Shown here: positions 12,444-25,266 of the stretch, one piece after another
How positions within the stretch are numbered: position 1 is the stretch's first letter
Layout of the letters: every line of letters begins with the position of its first letter
Translations under genes and position numbers: made by a program
The notes under the pieces: generated by a model
Told to the model about the DNA's origin: nothing
Databases searched by the model: none
Seen by the model: only the letters and a program-made list of their open reading frames with translations
Origin: Octopus sinensis
Lineage: Eukaryota
NCBI RefSeq assembly: GCF_006345805.1
Contig: NC_043000.1
Location: 10,416,001-10,480,000 of the forward strand
Direction: 5' to 3'
DNA: 64,000 nucleotides

Positions 12444-12954
12444 ATATACATATATATAAGTATAAGGTGTGTTTGAGCATTCATAGAACACATATATCCT
12501 ATAGAAACAATTATGATGGAGAAGAGAAGGTGTTAAAAGTTTAAAAAGAATTTAATCCATGCATGTGATTGTTTGAAACAGTAATATTAACATGTAAATA
12601 ATATGGTAAAAAAAATTAGAAATTAATTTAATTTTAATTTAATTAATTTCATATTACTGTTCTCCTAATACATCAAAAAAATACATCTGGAAAATATTAT
12701 ATTGTTACAGAAGACTACATGGAGTGAGTGTCACATAACATATTCGGAAATACAGAATATCCTTATGAAAGATAAAAAAACATGCTAAGATAGTGTTGTT
12801 GAGTCTAGTTGTGTATGAACTAAAACTGATGCGGCTAATGGTTATTTGAAAATATAAGTGAAAGATGTTTAAGAAACATTCCCTCTATATGAAAATAAGT
12901 AATTAAATGATATATATTTCATATAAAGCATTTCTTATAAGAAGTAAAATATTA

Positions 12955-13180
<226 letters not shown>

Positions 13181-13984
13181 TATATTAAAAGGCAGGATGT
13201 GTGTGTGTGTGTACGTGAATGTAATTTATGCACGTCCACAAATTAGCATGCATGTCGCTCCAATTTTAGGAGGACATTCGTCATAACCCTTAAATACGAG
13301 ATATAGTATTCAAATTTAGGATGTTTTTAAAAGACACTATATTTTATAATCAGATTATATATACTGTCTTACACAACAATTAAAATATATTTATTTCAAA
13401 TCATTCATCTTTCTCCCCCCCCCCTCTCTCACACACACACACATTACTTTGGGCATGAAAGAGTTTTGTTTTTATTTTATGCCAAAGAAAAAAGTGTTTT
13501 GTTGAGAGTCCATTTATTTAAACAACATAGAAATGAAGAGGTAGGTAACAATTTGTCAGTGAATTACACAATATAAATGGGTAAAATTTCCGAGGCTCCA
13601 CCATACCCCACCCCATTTCTCGAACCACAAAAAGGATTTTATAGCATATTAGGAAGCCAGGGTAGTTGATTCTACACAAAAAATCCAATTTTCTTTTCTT
13701 AGTGAAAATCGTGTGAGTGTTATCTAAAAATTAGCCTGTAGTTTTTCATGGTAAATTTGAGATTTAAAAAAATTATTTTCCATATTCTTAACCTTCGTAT
13801 TTTTCCACGTACATTGAAAAATAGATGGTGAAAAGATCAATGGGTATGGGGGGTGAAATTTCCGAGGCTTCCACCACACCACACCCCATTTTTTGAACCA
13901 CAAAAAGTGTTTTGTAGCATATTAAGAGGCCTGATTGTAATTGAAGATGCCCTGCTCAAAATGGTTGGGGCAGTGTTGAACACA

Positions 13985-14860
13985 TTCGGTTTGCCATCCT
14001 CATTGCAACAGGACATTAACACACTCCCACCAAAGTTACTTCTGGAGTTGTCGTATGATGCTGATGGCCTTGCGGAGTACCTGAGAGCAAATGAACCAAA
14101 ATTGCTCCCTAATCAGAGGCTGGTGTACGAAACTGTCGTCAGTGCCGTTGAAAAACAGGCGGGTGGCATTTTTTCCCTCGATGCTGCTAGAGGTACCGGC
14201 AAATCGTTTGTAACACAAATAATACTTGCTAAGATTCATCGCGAGAAACAAATTGCGCTAGCCGTTGCTTCCTCGAGAATCGCTGCTACGTTATTGCCGG
14301 GAGGTACGACGGCGGACTCGGCATTCAAGCTGCCTTTACATTTGGTGAGGGCCAAGGTTCCTACTTGCAACATTGGCAAAAATTCAGAGGAAGCTGAAGT
14401 TCTTAGACAGTGCTGTCTCACTGTATGGGATGAATGCACAATGACCAATAAGGGTGCCCTTGAGGTACTGGACCAGTCACTGAAAAGTATCAGGGATTCT
14501 ACAGCTTCTATGGGTGGTGTAACTCTATTGCTTTCAGATTTCCAGCAAACCCTTCCTGTCATCCCTAAAGGGAGCCGGGCTGATGAAGTGCGCGCATGCC
14601 TTAAGTCATCCACATTGTGGCTCCAGGTTAAGACCTTAAGCCTAAGCACAAACATGTGTGCACACTTGCTTGGTGATAGCATGCCTGCAGCATTTGCTGA
14701 AGACATTTTAGCCATTGGAGAAGGCAAGGTCTCTAGGAATGATAGGGGTGACATATCCATCAATGAACTTTGCAACAACGTGGACAACCCTTCCAAATTT
14801 TTGGAAACAGTGTTCCTCAATCTGGAAAGTAATTATCCTGGCCCCCAAAAACGTAGTTGT
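13985..14860 (+). mobile_element. Helitron PIF1-family helicase fragment
   Basis: ORF 13853-14875: DAARGTGKSF (Walker A), ALAVASSRIAATLLPGG, WDECTM, SDFQQTLPV, LSLSTNM, ILAIGEG; truncated at both ends, 3' end interrupted by an RTE tail near 14870. Confidence 0.85.
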
Positions 14861-15005
14861 CAGTGCTATCAATGACCAGCTGATAAGCTCCGGGTGAGGA
14901 GTGCATCTACAAATCGATTGACCGGACCTCTGACCTCAGCGAAACTGCCCAACCCACGCCAACATAAAAAGCGGACGTTAAACGATGATTATTTTATATA
15001 TATAT

Positions 15006-15168
15006 AGGCACAGGAGTGGCTGTGTGGTGGTAAGAAGTTTGCTTCCCAACCATATGATTCAGGTTCATTCCCACTGCGGCAATTGTCATCTACTATAGCC
15101 TCAGGTCGACCGAAGCCCTGTGAGTGGATTTGGTAGACAGAAACTGAAAGAAGCCCATCGTATATATG

Positions 15169-15199
<31 letters not shown>

Positions 15200-15400
15200 G
15201 TGTCTGTATTTGTCCCCCCCGCCATCACCTGACAACTGATGTTGGTGTGTTTACGCCCCCATAACTTAGTGGTTCAGCAAAAGACCCCAATAGAATAAAT
15301 ACTAGGCTTACAAAGAATAAGTCCTGGGGTCGATTTCTTCGACTAAAGGCAGTGCTCCAGCATGGCCACAGTCAAATGACTAAAACAATTAAAAGAATAA
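15006..15400 (+). mobile_element. SINE family A
   Basis: Same head, body and tail as 3221-3620. Confidence 0.85.
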
Positions 15401-15547
15401 AAGAACACACACACATATATAGAGAGAGAGAGAAAGAGAGAGTATGCCACAGAATCTTTTATGTTTCTGAAACTCATTTATTGAAATAACTTTAGCTATA
15501 GCGTATGTAAGAGTGTACACATTGTACTTTATACATTTCGCTTTCAG

Positions 15548-15827
15548 TGGAACAGAGACCAAGCTGAAAAGGCAATATGCCAACGACCAAAGACAAGTTC
15601 ATATCTACCTGATAGACAGAAAGCTCTCCAAAACAAACAGAGGAACAACACAGGTGTTGGAGACGATCTTATAACCAATTACAGCGAAATATATGACAAT
15701 AATCAGATTACAATGTATGATGAGGATTATAACCAACGATGGAGAGACAAAAATTTACCGACTTTAAGAACCTGGAATTTTACACACGATGCCTGGATTC
15801 CTGAAAAGAGTGACCATCCTTATTTTG
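15548..15827 (+). CDS. CFAP107: CFAP107 exon 2
   Basis: tttcag acceptor; WNRDQ...MYDEDYNQRW...LPTLRTWNFTHDAWIPEKSDHPYF resembles human TYDDHYNR...LPPLRTWNGQKLLWLPEKSDFPLL; donor GTAAAG at 15828, phase 1; 280 nt. Confidence 0.92.
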
Positions 15828-15874
15828 GTAAAGTTCCCAATATTTTATTACTGTCTTCATAAACATGTATAGCC

Positions 15875-16525
15875 CTTTAGCATCTAAACCAGTCATATCT
15901 GGCCAAAATATTCTACCTGTTTTAGGTTTAAACTGGCCAGATCCAGCCTCTAACTCCTACTTTACGATGTCATTCTAAAAATAAACAGTCAGGAGTGGGT
16001 GTGTGGTTAGTGGCTTGCTTACCAACCACATGGTTCCGGGTTCATTCCCACTGTGTGGCGCCTTGGGCATGTGTCTTCTACTATAGCCTCGGGCCGACCA
16101 AAGCCTTGTGAGTGGATTTGGTAGACGGAAACTGAAAGAAGCTCGTCATATATATGTATATATATATATATTTATATATATATGTGTGTGTGTGTATATG
16201 TTTGTGTGTCTGTGTTTGTCTCCCCAACATCACCTGACAACTGATGCTGGTGTGTTTACGTCCCCGTAACTTAGCGATTCAGCAAAAGCGACCGATAGAA
16301 TAAGTACTAGGCTTCCAAAAAATAAGTCCTGGGGTCGATCTGCTCGACTAAAAGCAGTGCTCCAGCATGGCCACAGTCAAATGACTGAAATAAGTAAAAG
16401 AGTAAAGGAGTAGTCACATCATTGAAATCTTGAGGTTACAAGGTAATGCATGGTTAATTCTAAACAATGTGACCAAAATAATTATTGCATTTGATAGAAT
16501 AATATGAACACTAAAGGTTTAATTC
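15875..16525 (+). mobile_element. TTAA-type MITE family E split by a SINE A (about 15990-16410)
   Basis: Both halves match intact copies at 28620-28810 and 52295-52530; AGTCA flanks both sides of the SINE. Confidence 0.7.
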
Positions 16526-17835
16526 TGTTTATGCAGTTTTTGCCTCAAGTTATTTACTTTTTACTCCAAAGACTATATGGTACAAGACTGAAGCCTGGTG
16601 CAGCCATCTGGTTTGCCAGCCCTCAGTCAAAATCGTCCAACCCATGCTAGCATGGAAAGTGGACGTTAAACGATGATGATGATGTAATTAGAAAACAAAG
16701 TTGTTCAGAGCAAAGTTGCTGATGTTGATTTAAGCTAATCGTCACCATTGTCATTTAATATCTGTGTTCCATACTGACATGGGTTGGATGGTTTGACAGG
16801 ATCCGATAAGTCCAAAGACCAAGCCAAGCTCCAGTGTTTGCATTGGCATGATCTCTATGTCTGGATGCCTTTTCTATTGCCAACCACTTTACTATGAGTA
16901 CTGGGTGCTTTTTTTCATACCACCAGCACTAGTGAGGTTATCATACAACTTGCAAGACTACAGAATTTATTGGTTGGTAGGCATTTATGCAAGGAGATGA
17001 TGAGGTTAGAATATGATAGGAGGAGGGTGGAGCAAGCAGAATCTTGTATAAGAGCTCTGTGGTTACTCACCTTTAGGAGAAAGTGCGAGAATGATCAGCA
17101 GGAGCTGCAAGTCCAGGGAAGTCCAACTAAGCATTTTGTCTGCTGCAATCTTCTGAGTTCAAATTCCGCCAAGGTCAACTTTGCCTTTCATATTTTCGGG
17201 GTCAATAGATTAAATACCAGTGAAATACTGGGGTCGATGAAATTATCTAGTCTCTTCCACCAAATTTCAGGCCTTGTGCCTATAGTATAAAGGATTGTTA
17301 TTATTATTATTATTCATTTAATGTCAGCTTTCCATGCTGGCATGGATTAGACAGTTTGATTGCAACTGGTGAGCCAGAGAGCTGTACCAAGTTCCAATCT
17401 GATTTGGCATGGTTTCTATGGCTAGATGCCCTTCCTAACGCCAACCACTCCAAGAGTGTGCTTGGTGCTATTTACATGACTTGCAGCTGGACTTCCCAAG
17501 TGGGAGGTGAGTAGAAGTGTGTTGGGACAGAGGAACTAGGTAAGTGGGTATGTGCAAGGGATTGGAGATTGGGGAGAAGTAGGTAACAACCCTACAGAGT
17601 GGATGTTGGGAGTGATAGATGACCAATGATGTATGAGAGTGGAAGCATGTAGCTTAGTGTGTCGGACTCATGATTGTAAGATTGTGGTTTCAATTCCTGG
17701 ACCGTGCGATGTGTTGTGTCCTTGAACAATACACTTCCTTTCACATTGCTTCAGTTCACTCAACTGGTGAAAATGAGTAATCCTCTGACAAACCGGCCCC
17801 ACCATCCAGGTAGAGAATATATATGCTGTGGAAAC

Positions 17836-17900
17836 CAGCCCTATGAGTCTATATGAAAGCAGCCCTATGAGTCTATATGAGAGCAGCCCTATGAGTCTAT
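17836..17900 (+). repeat. 24-bp tandem repeat (about 2.7 copies) at the 3' end of a decayed tRNA-SINE
   Basis: CAGCCCTATGAGTCTATATGA(A/G)AG starting at 17836, 17860 and 17884. Confidence 0.85.
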
Positions 17901-18093
17901 AAGACTCAGGAAAAAGAAAGAAAAATAATCATGTATGAGTTGGGGAAGGTAGAGGGATGCAGAACAGTGGGGAGGTGCAGCAAACTTTAATATGCTAACC
18001 ACCACAGCCTGTTACTGGTGATGTAACATATTTTTCATGGTCAAGTTCAATCCCCATCTTGAGCAAATATCTTCTACTGCAGCTTGAGGTTGT

Positions 18094-19060
18094 CTAACCC
18101 TTTCATTACTGTATTTATTTTGAGATGCTCTGTGTTTCTTTTAATTACTTTAAATATAACAAAGAATTTAGTAAAATAACTAGTGTTTGGAACCTAAATT
18201 GTGACTAAGGTTTGGTGGAAGATTTTAATTCAAAACTTATGAAAACAAGACATTTGTACTACAGAGCCAGAGCCGGTTTCAGCTGGGTTGGTAACGAAAG
18301 GGTTAAGAATTGTTTCTCTATTATATATTTTAACTATTTTGTTACCATATTCTGTTGAGATGCTCTGTGTTTCTTTCAATTAATTTTAAATATAACAAAG
18401 AATTCAGTAAAATAAATCAGTTATCATCAAGCTAGCGTTTGGAACCTAAATTGTGACTGAGGTTTGGTGGAAGATTTTAATTCAAAACTTATGAAAACAA
18501 GACATTTGTACTACAGAGCCAGAGCCGGTTTCAGCTGGGTTGGTAACGAAAGGGTTAAGAATTGTTTCTCTATTATATATTTTAACTATTTTGTTACCAT
18601 ATTCTGTTGAGATGCTCTGTGTTTCTTTCAATTAATTTAAAATATAACAAAGAATTTAGTAAAATATTTCAGTTATCTTTCAGTTAGTGTTAGGAACCTA
18701 AATTGTGACTAAGGTTTGGTAGATGATTTTAATTCAAAACTTATGCAAACAAGACATTTGTACTACAGAGCCAGAGCCGGTTTCAGCTGGGTTGGTAACG
18801 AAAGGGTTAAGAATTGTTTCTCTATTATATATTTTAACTCTTTTGTTACCATATTCTGTTGAGATGCTCTGTGTTTCTTTCAATTAATTTAAAATATAAC
18901 AAAGAATTTAGTAAAATATCTGTTATCTTTCAGTTAGTGTTAGGAACCTAAATTGTGACTAAGGTTTGGTGGATGATTTTAATTCAAAACTTATGCAAAC
19001 AAGACATTTGTACTACAGAGCCAGAGTCAGTTTCAGCCGGGTTGGTAACAAAAGGGCTAA
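18094..19060 (+). repeat. Four tandem copies (about 250 bp) of a piggyBac-like TTAA MITE
   Basis: Right ends GG(T/C)TAA at 18301, 18553, 18805, 19055; solo copy with TTAA ends at 53735-53961. Confidence 0.9.
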
Positions 19061-19489
19061 AGTCCTATGAGTGGAAACTGATAGAAACCTGTCATGTTTC
19101 TGTGTGTGTTTGTGTGAATGAATTTATATTTCTCCTATTTGTATGTATTTGTTCACAGATTGTAAACATTGACTTCGCTAATGCTGTCGTTTGCTTTACA
19201 GTCCACCACAAAAGCTCATTCACACTTCTCGACATGTCTTAACATGTTGCACAATCTTCATAAATAAAAGACTCTTTTCCCACAATTTTGTTTGTTCCTA
19301 GTTTTCCGCATAAAACATGTCTAAGCTATTTGTTGGTCAATAGACTGGGAGATTACTATGTCACTTGGAAATACATTGGGGTCTGTACCAAGAAGGGTGT
19401 CCTGCAGTAGAAAACTCTTCCTCAACATACTCTTGTCTGACTCATGCAAACAAAGAAAATTTGACATTATTATTATTATTATTATAATA

Positions 19490-19800
19490 TAATATAATGA
19501 AATTATTGTATACAGTGCTCAGGTGCACCACAACTTGTCAAAAGTACGTCTAAAGCACATGCAGTAATGTACAAATGTCTGGAGAGCGAACAATGCATGA
19601 GTCAGATACATGCTTGTGTATGTATGGAGGGGAGAAAATCAGGTGTAGTGTTGGCGAATCTCAGGGAACGTGGAAGTTTTGAAGGTTGCAGTGCTCCGAC
19701 AACTAACAACTGATGCCAGCAGTTTGTTCCATGCTTCAGCAACTCTCAGCGTGAAAAAATGTTTCCTAAAGTCATGGGAGCTGTGCTGTTTTCTGAATTT
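19490..19800 (-). mobile_element. CR1 LINE 3' fragment
   Basis: Minus strand reads KAWNKLLASVVSCRSTATFKTS..., a CR1-type C-terminal motif. Confidence 0.6.
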
Positions 19801-20154
19801 GTATGAATTTGTTAGACAGAAAGTATATAAAGCCCATCATGTGTGTGTGTGTGTGTAAATATGATCATCATCATCATCAGCAGTCTCCTGTCTTTCATTA
19901 ATCTACGCTCCCAAATACTAAACGTGTCCATAACCTGTACACTGAGTAGTTCTTATAACTTGCATCAGCGTTCTGCTATTTCTGTATTTCAGTTTTCAAA
20001 ATGGAATTGGGTACATTTATTGTAAGAGACACTCGTCTCAAATAGACCTGAGTAAAATAACATTTACTGTGAATACATTTCCTATTTACCCATAAATCTA
20101 ACTGGGATTGTAAGAACAATCCTAATGCTTCCGATTAAAATTTTCTACTTTCAG

Positions 20155-20381
20155 GAGCCCCAACACAATTTGGTTTGCTTAAAGCTTTAAGGAAAAAATG
20201 GGTCAAAAATCTGAGAGATGATGAAGATACATATAATACAATTTATCGGCTTGACTTTACAAAATATCCTCCAGAAAAATTTGTGCGCAAACACGCTACC
20301 TGTGTAGCTCCATTTGCTCGAGCAGAGAGAAGATTTGGAAACTTACCATGTATTTTTCCTCACCTAACAAACCATCAGTAA
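20155..20381 (+). CDS. CFAP107: CFAP107 exon 3 (terminal coding exon)
   Basis: tactttcag acceptor, phase 1 completes Gly; GAPTQFGLLKALRKKW resembles human APPTNYGLYEQLKQ; stop TAA at 20379-20381. Total CDS 741 nt = 246 aa. Confidence 0.9.
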
Positions 20382-21179
20382 TTTTTTTACTATTTATACC
20401 TGCTGTATAAATACATTTGACATTATTTGTACTTGTGACTTTGACATTATTTTACTCTCAAAAATATCTTCCACAAAACTGTTGCTGTGATTTCAGAAAT
20501 ATGCTTATTCTTTTGTTAATGTTTATTTTTTTTCAGCTCAAGATCTACAAATCAACAAACTGTTAAGCATATATAATTTTTCCTAAGTTCAGAAATTTGA
20601 CATTTAAAAACTTGTTCAGTTCAATCAGACGTCTATCATGGTTACTAATATAAACGAAACTAAATTTATTTTAACTGGTCTGACAATCAAATACTAAAGG
20701 TTTTAATTTGTTTTTTTATTTATATATATCTTTTAATGTTGATTTATTTGTTATTTCATTTCATCTATTTAATTTTTCTTGTGTCATATCTATCACTTGA
20801 AAACATTTTTATTACGGGTCATCCTCTCCACAACCATTTTATTCGCTGTCTGTATCGTCTCATAAGTTCATCTTCTTGTACCTTGAGAGTTTGCTCTGGC
20901 ACCCCATTACTATCATTGTTATCGTCTTCCCAACTATATGGTTTGGGGTCCAGTTCCCCTGAACAACCCTGGGGCACATATTTCCTAATATAGCTCTGAT
21001 CAATGCCTAGTGAGTGAATTTGTTAGACAGAAAGTATATAAAGCCCATCAAGTGTGTGTGTGTGTATACATATATATATATATATAGGGAGAGTTTACGA
21101 AAAAAACAAAAAAGACAAAGACAGGTGGTGTACAAAACAAACAGATGTATTAGTATAACGCTCAGGAATAAAAAAAAGT

Positions 21180-21215
21180 CTTTTACATTTCGAGCCTACG
21201 CTCTTCTACAGAAAG
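21180..21215 (-). ncRNA. 36-nt minimal hammerhead-like motif with variant core
   Basis: CUUU | CUGUAGA-A | GAGC-GUAG-GCUC | GAAAU-GUA | AAAG; stems I and II pair perfectly; A6->U and C15.2->U relative to consensus. Confidence 0.6.
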
Positions 21216-22054
21216 GGACACAGAAAAAACAAGGAGAGAAAAAAATACGTGTAGTGGCTAACGATCTATCATGGCGACTAGTGCCGGACAGAAGGGTCAA
21301 TAATATATATATATTATTGTCATTTTAACATCCACTTTACCATGCTTATTATGGGTCGAATGGAATTTGTTGAGGTGGGTTTTTCTACACCCTTTTGCCC
21401 TTGTTGCCAAACCTCACATTTTTGCAAGTAAGGTAATATTTCTCCATGACCGATTGCATTTTCACAGAAAACTGGAAACAAAGGACACCGCTTGTATGAT
21501 GGTGACATTCATTTACAGCTATCAGATGTCAAGGCAAGGTGATATTAATGCACTCACACACACACATATATATACTAGCTTAAAATCCGTACTCTGGGCA
21601 GACTTTTATGCTGGCTCCTGCGGAGGGCTAATTTGACCTCTGGCCAATTAGGCCCCAACAGGGCTAAATAGCATGGCTATGTCTATAGTGACTATATGCC
21701 CCAGTGATGTTTGATCAGAGGTTAAGGATGGATAAGAATTAATTCTGTAATGCAATCATTCTATTGTTCCAGTCCCAAGTTGAATTCCAACTTGGCCAAT
21801 TTGTCCCAAAGTTCTTATCTTGACATAAAATTAACGAAGCAAATGCCATTTATCTCCCCCTCGACCTCTGACAAACACCAACCAAGATGGCGTGAATCAG
21901 TCAAGCTTTACCTGCTAGAAATAGCAACCCAAATGCTTTTAAATCAGATCCCAATGCTGGATGTTCAAGACCTAAATGAAGGGCAGATTTTCAATCCTGG
22001 GATTGTCCTGATTCCAAAAAGATATAATCTCTATGTAGACTGAGAAGCAAGATG

Positions 22055-22355
22055 TGGAGGCGCAATGGCCTAGTCGTTAGGGCAGCAGACTCGCAGTCAG
22101 AGGATCACAGTTTCAATTCCCAGACTGGGCATTGTGTGTGTTTATTGAGTGAAAACACCTAAAGCTCCACGAGGCTCTGGCAGGGGGTGGTGGCAACCCC
22201 TGTTGTACTTTTTCGCCCCAACATCTCTCATTCTTTCTTGAGTAACACTGCAATGGACTGGCATCCCGTCCAGCTGGTGAGAACTCATACGTCATAGAAA
22301 CCAGGAAACCAGGCCCATGAGCCTGGCTAGGCTTGAAAAGGGCACATAAATAAAA
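22055..22355 (+). mobile_element. tRNA-derived SINE family D
   Basis: A box TGGCCTAGTCG, B-box-like GGTTTCAATTCCC; matches 50617-50931. Confidence 0.85.
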
Positions 22356-24329
22356 TAAAGACTGAGATACAGGGGTCCCAGATGGACAGACAGAATTTCG
22401 CTTTTATTAATATTTAGTGGTTAGGGTGTTCAGCTCATCGCCACAGGGTCACGAGTTCGATTCCTAGTGGCATGTTGTGTCCTTGAGCAAGACACTTTAT
22501 TTCACGGTGCTCCAGTCCACTCAGCTGGCAAAAATGAGTAGCACCCATTTTTCAAAAAGGCCAGCTTTGTCACACTCTGTGTTACACTGAATCTCCCTGA
22601 GAAGTATGCGAAGAGGTACGCATGTCTGTGGAGCGCTCAGTCACTTGCATGTTAATCTCACAAGCAAGCTATTCCGTTAATCAGATCAACTGGAACCCTC
22701 GTTATCATAAGCGATGGAGTGCCAGTTATATGTATATATGCACAAACGGGCTTCTTCCAGTTTCTGTCTACCAAATCTACTCACAAAGCTTTGGTCAGCC
22801 TGGGATTTTAGTAGAAGACACTCGTCCAAGGTGGCATGTAGTGGTACTGAACCTGAAACCATGTAGGTTGGAAGCAGATTTCTTACCACACGCCCATGCC
22901 TGCACCTATATATGTATGTGTGTGAATGTTGATATTGTGCACACACAAAAAAAATGACTGAGCTACAAACCAATAATCTAATAGCTCCCTTATTAAAAAA
23001 AAGATATTAGTCTCAGCAACATGTATTTATCTAACCCATGCAAGCATGGGAAAATGCATGTAAAACAAAAGGATCTCAGTGAACAGATGTTTCAATGCCA
23101 GTTATATGTGACAAATGATATACAGTTAGTGTATATATCATTGCTATTGTGTTAAACTGTCATATGTCCAAATTTGGGCAAATGCGTTTTTTCAATATTT
23201 ATTTTTACTTGCAATAGCCAGTTCTTTTGGTCTTCAGATGCCAAAATATCAAAAATTGTCAAAGTGTAGTACAACTATTTTTCGTTTTCTAAAAAAGAAA
23301 TGTTTCGGACTTACGATACTTTTGCACAATAGCAACGACATACATACATCCTTTGTGTCCTGCTTTTCATTTTATTTCATTTGATACATTTATCCTGTCA
23401 CCAATGCTACTAGCTGGCATATACAGGTGCTTACATTTATCAAGTATTCACCCTGAATTTATTGTACCTACCTTACATACATACATATATATGTGTTTGT
23501 GTGTGCGTGTAAGGGATGTGCTGCCTGGGTAGGCAATACCTACCTTGATAAAATAGATCGATAGTAATTTTTTCCTTTTATGGCAAAACATGCACCTAAT
23601 TCAATAAACTTATGAAGGTTACTCTAATTACTATGCATAAAATATAAAATATTTTATATTTTTGTAGATTAGTTAGGTGTAATTTGCCCCAGCCTTTCAA
23701 TTTCAGCATAATACTGCTGTAGTACATGTGCTGTGTACATTCCTACAATGTTTGCTTTACGCGCTATAAAGGCAGATGTAAATTTGCCTACAACTCAGTC
23801 ATGCACCTGTGTTTTACTGCATAATTGTCACCAACTGCCTACCCTGAGTAATTACTGACAGCATGTGCCTGATATATATATAAGCAGGCATGGCTGTGCA
23901 GAAAGAAGTTTGCTTCCCAACCATATGGTTTTGGGTTCAGCCCCACTACAGTCAAGTGACTTCTGCTATAGCCTTGGACTGACCAAAGCCTTGTGAGTGG
24001 ATCTGGTAGATGGAAACTGAAAGAAGCCTGTTGTATAATGAGTGTATGTGTGTTGTTCCTCCCACCGCCACTTGACAACTAGTGGTTCAGCAAAGAAGAC
24101 CAATAGAATAAGTACCAGACTTAGGAAAGTAAGTACTGGGGGTCGATTTGTTTAACTAAAAGCAGTACCCCAGCATGGCCGAAACAAGTACCCCCCCCCA
24201 AAAAAAAAATTAATAAATCCAGTGGACAGAAGCAGACATTGTCATCACCTCCATGATACCCAACATTTGAAGGGTGCTTTTTACATGCCATATTACACAC
24301 ACACACACATATATATATATGTGGCACAC

Positions 24330-24745
24330 AAGAAAACCATCCGAACGTGGCCGTAGCCAGTACCGCATCGACTTGCCTCCGTGCTGTGGGCACGTAACAA
24401 ACACCATCCGATCGTGGCCGTTTGCCAGCCTCATCTGGCACCTGTGTCGGTGGCACATAAAAACACCATCCGAGCGTGGCCGTCTGCCAGCCTCGTCTGG
24501 CACCTGTGTCGGTGGCACATAAAAAACACCATCCGAGTGTGGCCGTTTGCCAGCCTCGTCTGGCACCTGTGTCGGTGGCACATAAAATCACCCACTACAC
24601 TCTCGGAGTGGTTGGCGTTAGGAAGGGCATCCAGCTGTAGAAACACTGCCAGATCTGACTGGACTGGTGCAGCCTTCGGGCTCCCCAGACCCCAGTTGAA
24701 CCGTCCAACCCATGCTAGCATGGAAAGCGGACGTTAAATGATGAT
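24330..24745 (+). mobile_element. SINE family B with internal about 62-bp VNTR
   Basis: Three near-identical units at about 24400, 24460, 24522 plus a degenerate one, then the standard family B 3' end. Confidence 0.85.
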
Positions 24746-25045
24746 ATACGGTTTAAGTAATTGAGATTCAAGTGAATTCTAATGAATTCACATGAATATG
24801 GTCCTTAACTAGGATGCACCGGAAATCTATATGGTATTAACCATACGATAAGTGGGGTGATTACAAATAGGAAAAAAGCAACAAGAATGGATCAAAATAT
24901 CGGTACAATTGTTTCGTACGAGGACATCTTTAATAAGCTACAAAAAATGCAGTAAATATAGATGGCTCGTACTCATCAGCCGAAAAAACATCAGAGATTC
25001 CCAAACATATATATATATGTGATGGACTTCTTTCAGTTTCCTTCT

Positions 25046-25266
25046 TATTTCTTTATTGCCCACAAGGGACTAAACATAGAGGGGACAAACAAACGTATTA
25101 AGTTGATTATATCAACCCCAGTGTGTAACTGGTACTTATTTAATCGACCCCGAAAGGATGAAAGGCAAAGTTGACCTCGGCGGAATTTGAACTCAGAATG
25201 CAGCGGCGGACGAAATACCACAAAGCATTTCGCCCGGCGTGCTAACATTTCTGCCAGCTCACCACC
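25046..25266 (-). mobile_element. tRNA-derived SINE family C
   Basis: GGCGAGCTGGCAGAA head, TGAGTTCAAATTCC B box, GCCTTTCATCCTTTCGGGGTCG core; other copies at 30283, 41333, 42010, 48985, 61245. Confidence 0.85.

Noticed and set aside
13853-14875. 340-aa ORF as a host PIF1 gene
   Set aside because: Intronless fragment in an intron, N-terminus derived from a repeat, truncated by an RTE tail, conserved motifs mutated.
24400-24585. CRISPR-like regular repeats (also 17836-17900 and 35560-35760)
   Set aside because: Head-to-tail tandem units without unique spacers, inside eukaryotic SINEs; the ORFs over them are repeat translations.
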